From positions 5,230-17,908 of the forward strand of contig PSLL01000022.1 of NCBI GenBank assembly GCA_040289575.1: a stretch of DNA of 12,679 bases, given 5' to 3'. Shown here piece by piece: positions 8,759 to 12,679 of the stretch (the first letter of the stretch is position 1; each line of letters starts with the position of its first letter). The position numbers were made by a program, and so were the translations under genes. The notes under the pieces were generated by a model. That model was not told where the DNA came from. It was given only the letters and a program-made list of their open reading frames with translations, and searched no databases. The DNA comes from Candidatus Dadabacteria bacterium (GTDB lineage: Bacteria; Desulfobacterota_D; UBA1144; Nemesobacterales; CSP1-2).

Positions 8759-10141
8759 CTAACGGCCTCTAGTGATTCCCATCTTTTTCATTCTGTATCT
8801 TAAAACTTCTCTTGTAATTCCGAGCATCTCAGCTGTCTTTGTTTGATTCCAGTCGTTGAGGTCTAGTGCTTCCTTTATCACCTTTTCTTCTATCTTTGTG
8901 AGCGATGCGTCTTCTATAGGAATTTTCAGTACCATTTTGTCATCGGATTTCTCAAGCTTCATATTATCCTCAGTCTCCTCAAGCTGGATATACCTGGGGT
9001 TTAGTTCTTTGCCATCGCTCAGAAGCATCGCTCTTTCAATAGTGCTTCTGAGCTCACGGATGTTTCCGGGCCAGTGGTATCTCAAAAATAATTCCCTTAC
9101 CTCATCCGGAATTATGGTTATGTTTTTATGAAATTCCCTGTTGAAATACGATACGAAGTAATCCATAAGAAGCGGAATGTCATCTCTCCTGTTTCTCAAT
9201 GGCGGCATCTCGAAACTTATAACATTTAATCGGTGATACAAATCCGCGCGGAATGTGCCTTTGCTTACGAGATCCTTGAGATTCTGGTTTGTTGCGGCAA
9301 TTACCCTGACATCCACGCTTATATCCTTCGTTCCGCCTATTCTTCTGAAGTTTCTCCCTTCAATTACCTTTACCAGCTTTGCCTGAAGTGCAAGGCTCAT
9401 ATCCCCGATCTCATCGAAAAAAGCCGTTCCTCCATCTGCGATCTCAAGAATCCCCTTTTTCATCTTTTTTGCATCTGTAAAGGCTCCGGCCTCATATCCA
9501 AAAAGCTCGCTTTCAAGAAGTGTCTCGGGTATGGCGGCGCAGTTGAGTTCCATAAATGGTTTTTCTGCCCTCACGCCGTTGAAGTGAAGGATGTTTGCGG
9601 CAAGTCCCTTTCCCGTACCACTCTCTCCGGTAATGAGAATCGTCTTGGGATCTGTGTCCACCAGCTTTTGAAATAGATAAATAATCTCCTTTATGGCCTC
9701 ACTCTTTCCTATAAGGGTGTTAAACCCGTATTTCCCCTGCTCTCTGCTCTTTGCAATGTCGAGACTTCTCCTGAGTTCAGCGGCATCCAATGCATTTTTC
9801 ACCGTGATTTTTAATTTATCAATGTGAAAAGGTTTTTCAATAAAATCATAGGCGCCCATCTTAATTGCTGATACGGCTACCTCAACATTTCCGTGAGCAG
9901 TCATAAAGATTATGCTCGGATAAGGCTCAGGCCCCGCGATGCTCTGGAGAACTTCAAGACCATCTGCATCGGGGAGCTTAAGATCAAGAAGGATCACGGC
10001 GGGGCTTTCCTTATTGGCAACCTCAATTCCCTCTTTTGCTGTGAATGCGGAGATTACATTGTATCCTTCTTGAGAAAGAGCCTTCTCTAGTTGCCTACAG
10101 AGGAATTTTTCGTCATCTATTATTAGTATAGTTGCACTCAT
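8759..10141 (-). CDS. NtrC-family sigma-54-dependent response regulator (REC-AAA+-Fis HTH)
   Basis: Receiver domain (IIDDE, LLDLKLPD, MTAHG, IEKPF), Walker A GESGTGK, ESELFGYEAGAFTDA, Walker B FFDEIG, FRADLYHRL, WPGNIREL and C-terminal HTH WNQTKTAEMLGITREVLRYRMKK. GAAGGG RBS. Confidence 0.96.
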   Translation of the reverse strand: MSATILIIDDEKFLCRQLEKALSQEGYNVISAFTAKEGIEVANKESPAVILLDLKLPDADGLEVLQSIAGPEPYPSIIFMTAHGNVEVAVSAIKMGAYDFIEKPFHIDKLKITVKNALDAAELRRSLDIAKSREQGKYGFNTLIGKSEAIKEIIYLFQKLVDTDPKTILITGESGTGKGLAANILHFNGVRAEKPFMELNCAAIPETLLESELFGYEAGAFTDAKKMKKGILEIADGGTAFFDEIGDMSLALQAKLVKVIEGRNFRRIGGTKDISVDVRVIAATNQNLKDLVSKGTFRADLYHRLNVISFEMPPLRNRRDDIPLLMDYFVSYFNREFHKNITIIPDEVRELFLRYHWPGNIRELRSTIERAMLLSDGKELNPRYIQLEETEDNMKLEKSDDKMVLKIPIEDASLTKIEEKVIKEALDLNDWNQTKTAEMLGITREVLRYRMKKMGITRGR

Positions 10142-10167
10142 TTTCCCTTCCAGTTGGTGTCTGCTGT

Positions 10168-11430
10168 TTAGATATCGGCTCCCAATTTTACTGGAATCAT
10201 AACTGTAAACATGGAGCCTTTGTCTTTTTCGCTGGAAACGAGAATCTTACCTTTGTGCATTTCGATGATTCCGCGAGAGATGGGAAGACCGAGTCCCGTA
10301 CCATTGGATTTAGTCGAGTAAAAGGGCTGGAAGATTCTTTCCTTGGCCTCTTCGCAGAGGCCGTGTCCGGTATCTGAAACCTTTATCAAAATGTAACCAT
10401 CGGCGCTTTGAGTCTCAACCGTGAGTTTTCCCGGACCGTCCATTGCATCAATCCCGTTGATTATAAGGTTCATGACTACCTGTTTAATCTGATCGGTGTC
10501 TACTCGAAACGACTCTGTAGCGTTGAGTTTCTTCTCTATTTGAATTCCCTTTTCCTCTGCCCTGGAATTCATCAGACCGAGTACCGTCTCCACGATTTCA
10601 TTGGGGTTAGTCTCAACCAGATTTAATTCTCGGGGATGTGCAAGCTGGGCGTATTGAAGGAGATCTCGTATTATACGGTTAAGCCTATCTATTTCCTTTA
10701 AAATATCGGCTATAGTCTGTTTATGCTCCGTGTCTTGAATTTCATTCTTCATAAGCCCTAGTGCCACAGCAATCCCTGAGAGCGGATTTCTGATTTCATG
10801 GGCAATTCCCGCTACAAGCTCTCCGATTGCGGCAAGCCTCTCGGACTTTATTATTTCCGCCTGCTTTTCTTGTATCTCTCTTTTTGCATTCTCAACCCTT
10901 GTCTCAAGCGTTTGATTAAGGGTGTTGCACTCTTCAAGGAGCCTTGCATTCTTCTTCCCACGGTGCTCTATATTCTCAAGCATATTGTTAAAAGCCCCAA
11001 TTAGAGTGGAAATCTCCTCTGCACCCCTGCCAGGGTCTTTTATTCTGTATGAATAATCCCCTGAGGCAACCCACTTTGTAGCTTTGACCAGACGAGAAAT
11101 GGGTTTTGTGATTACTCGGGGAACCATTAGGATCAGTATTCCACCGAATAGAAAGGCTACGAGTCCTATTATAAAGACGTTTATGTATGCGTATTTCACC
11201 TGTTCATTCGTGATTTTCCTGATTTCCGCTATCATCTTATCCTCAAATCTCAAAGGTTCCGGTATCCTTTCCTTCTTTGAGAGAAGGCTTGACAGTGTGG
11301 TAAATCGCCCTTCTATATTTGATGTGACCTTATCCAATCTATAGATGCTGTATAGAGAAAGTCCGCTTATGGCGAGTATGAGGAAAAACATTATGGTATA
11401 TCCAAGGGTAATTTGCCTGTTCAATTTCAA
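10168..11430 (-). CDS. Membrane sensor histidine kinase (2 TM, HAMP, HisKA, HATPase_c)
   Basis: TTG start. Two hydrophobic helices, HAMP (ITKPISRL...EEISTLIGAFNNM), H-box AHEIRNPL, N-box NLIINGIDAM, G1 DTGHG, F-box IFQPFYSTK, G2 GTGLGL. Ends 26 bp before the regulator. Confidence 0.95.
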   Translation of the reverse strand: MKLNRQITLGYTIMFFLILAISGLSLYSIYRLDKVTSNIEGRFTTLSSLLSKKERIPEPLRFEDKMIAEIRKITNEQVKYAYINVFIIGLVAFLFGGILILMVPRVITKPISRLVKATKWVASGDYSYRIKDPGRGAEEISTLIGAFNNMLENIEHRGKKNARLLEECNTLNQTLETRVENAKREIQEKQAEIIKSERLAAIGELVAGIAHEIRNPLSGIAVALGLMKNEIQDTEHKQTIADILKEIDRLNRIIRDLLQYAQLAHPRELNLVETNPNEIVETVLGLMNSRAEEKGIQIEKKLNATESFRVDTDQIKQVVMNLIINGIDAMDGPGKLTVETQSADGYILIKVSDTGHGLCEEAKERIFQPFYSTKSNGTGLGLPISRGIIEMHKGKILVSSEKDKGSMFTVMIPVKLGADI

Positions 11431-11853
11431 CTCTCGTAATTTCCTCTATGTGCACTCAGGGGATAATAAATAAAAACTTTACCATATCTTTTGGTTGTTC
11501 ACGAAATCAATTTATGACTTCGTAAATATATATTGATCGAACATAATAATGCCGATATGCTCTGTTGCAAAGATAATATATAACACGATAGAGGAAGTTT
11601 TCTAACCTCTTTAGATCCTATACCAAAATGTAGGGCTCTTTCACCAAACGATAAATAGGGCTTATGAAGGCATCAGCCCCTACAGTACAAAGAGAAACCC
11701 AGCCTATCCATAGAATTAATATTGAGCAAGCAACCCCTAAGAAACGATGTTTGCAACAAAACAATGCCAATATGATATCAGAACTTATCCTACAAATCTC
11801 TTCATAAGATAGTGTCACCTACGAGATTTTCAATATATTTTCCCCATCGGTTT

Positions 11854-11892
11854 TGTGTAAATTTACACAGCCCCGTAGTGTATTAATACACA
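11854..11892. promoter_or_regulatory. Tandem palindromic upstream activator sites (enhancer) for a sigma-54 activator
   Basis: Perfect 16-bp palindrome TGTGTAAATTTACACA (11854-11869) and near copy AGTGTATTAATACACA (11877-11892, perfect 14-bp core). Centres are 23 bp apart, about 130 and 107 bp upstream of the inferred start site. Confidence 0.8.
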
Positions 11893-11964
11893 GTTATGTA
11901 CTCCTTAGATGCTCCGACAATCTATAACCCCTTATAAAGATTGGGTATCGGTAACATTAAATTC

Positions 11965-11981
11965 TTGGTATATATATTGCA
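11965..11981 (+). promoter_or_regulatory. Sigma-54 (RpoN) -24/-12 promoter
   Basis: TTGGTATATATATTGCA: GG at 11967-11968, exactly 10 nt, GC at 11979-11980, with TTGCA at -12. It points away from the adjacent sigma-54 activator cluster. Start site inferred near 11992. Confidence 0.8.
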
Positions 11982-11991
11982 AATATAAAGA

Positions 11992-12090
11992 TTGGAACTA
12001 GCAATTAGATTTGTTATATTATTAAGCTCTCGAAGGGAGGTGTGTTAAAATTACCCACCCATTTATCCCCCCCCACCTCCCTTCTTATCA
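11992..12090 (+). ncRNA. Candidate sigma-54-dependent small RNA or structured 5' leader
   Basis: Perfect 11-bp inverted repeat GAAGGGAGGTG (12032-12042) / CACCTCCCTTC (12074-12084) with a 31-nt C-rich loop, 40 nt downstream of the inferred start site. The ends are inferred. Confidence 0.4.
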
Positions 12091-12178
12091 AAAATAATAT
12101 AAGGAAGTTGCAACTTATAATATTTCTATTAATATATCCTGGATTTGAGCCTTATTGTTCTTTAGGAACAAAGCTAAT

Positions 12179-12679
12179 ATGATGAAACGTCTGATCTTGT
12201 TGCTTGCTCTACTGACGTTCACTTTGATTCTGTCTTGTAACGGTAGGAGGCGATGGGGTTCCTGCCGTAGGGACTGTGGATTCTAAGATTACTGAACAGG
12301 ATACCGAGAGTCAGGATTTTAATTTGAAAACCCCGGGATTTGGGATGCAGGTTGCAATCAGAAGTGATGTGAGTGGAAACACAGGCGATATGTTAAATTT
12401 ACTTGATGAAAGGGCGGCCGATTTTTTACAGTGCCAATTCGGAAGCCCTCAGGTTGGCTCTCAAAATTTTCAAATTCCAAGCGGAGAGATAGTGCCTCCG
12501 CTCTCGGCGTTAAGAGTCTTTGTAGTTCCATTTACATTCAAATGCGATGCCGAAGATAAAGATACCTGCGCAGGTATACTTTTCCCGGACTCTGACATAA
12601 TAATCATCGCACAAAATAGTGTCGGGAGATGCGGAGAGTTCCCGCTCTTTAAGCATGAGCTTGGACATCGCTACGGGAT
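12179..12679 (+). pseudogene. Lipoprotein HExxH zinc metalloprotease (zincin, metzincin-like) split by a +1 frameshift; 3' end outside the window
   Basis: 12179-12244 reads MMKRLILLLALLTFTLILSCNG (signal peptide with lipobox ILS-C); this frame stops at TAA 12284-12286. The +1 frame from 12246 stays open to the window end (144 codons): GGDGVPAVGTVDSK...FPLFKHELGHRYG, with HELGH at 12654-12668. Could equally be an intact gene with a sequencing error. Confidence 0.75.

Noticed and set aside
394..11344. Short ORFs (60-147 aa) in the track that overlap the main genes, mostly antisense
   Set aside because: Shadow ORFs of well-supported genes, with no motifs of their own.
11497..11542. Imperfect palindrome upstream of the kinase (ATCAAT...ATTGAT) as an FNR site
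   Set aside because: Half-site orientation and spacing do not fit TTGAT-N4-ATCAA; likely AT-rich chance symmetry.
11752..11770. Minus-strand TTGGCA...TTGCA resembling a sigma-54 promoter for the kinase operon
   Set aside because: GG-to-GC spacing is 12 nt; RpoN requires 10.
11618..11818. 66-aa minus-strand ORF in the intergenic region
   Set aside because: GTG start, no clear RBS and no recognisable motif. Cannot be supported, though not strictly excluded.
11918..11943. Imperfect palindrome or IHF site between the enhancer and the promoter
   Set aside because: The position fits, but the match to WATCAANNNNTTR is poor in an AT-rich background.
12042..12182. 46-codon GTG ORF running through the hairpin and overlapping the lipoprotein start (ATGA)
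   Set aside because: The SD-like GGAGG is only 1 nt from the GTG and is sequestered in the stem; the peptide has no recognisable features.
12253..12270. ATG after AGGAGG as an independent start for the protease
   Set aside because: It is out of frame with the HExxH ORF, only 2 nt from the SD, and stops after 5 codons.

Overview
Bacterial chromosomal window with three parts. (1) A glycogen/trehalose cluster on the + strand: 5'-truncated glgX/treX, treY and malQ. A palindromic heptamer-repeat element, which also reads as a 35-aa ORF, sits between treY and malQ. (2) A comparatively GC-rich FtsH-family protease on the + strand. (3) A minus-strand cluster: HAMP histidine kinase, NtrC-family sigma-54 activator and an 11-Cys double zinc-ribbon protein. 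The most interesting part is the divergent region at about 11850-12679, which the ORF track misses. It holds two tandem palindromic enhancer-like sites (consensus TGTGTA-N4-TACACA), a correctly spaced sigma-54 -24/-12 promoter, an 11-bp GC-rich hairpin with a C-rich loop (candidate sRNA or leader), and a lipoprotein HExxH zinc metalloprotease gene split by a +1 frameshift just after its lipobox. All calls come from reading the sequence by eye; no database searches were run.
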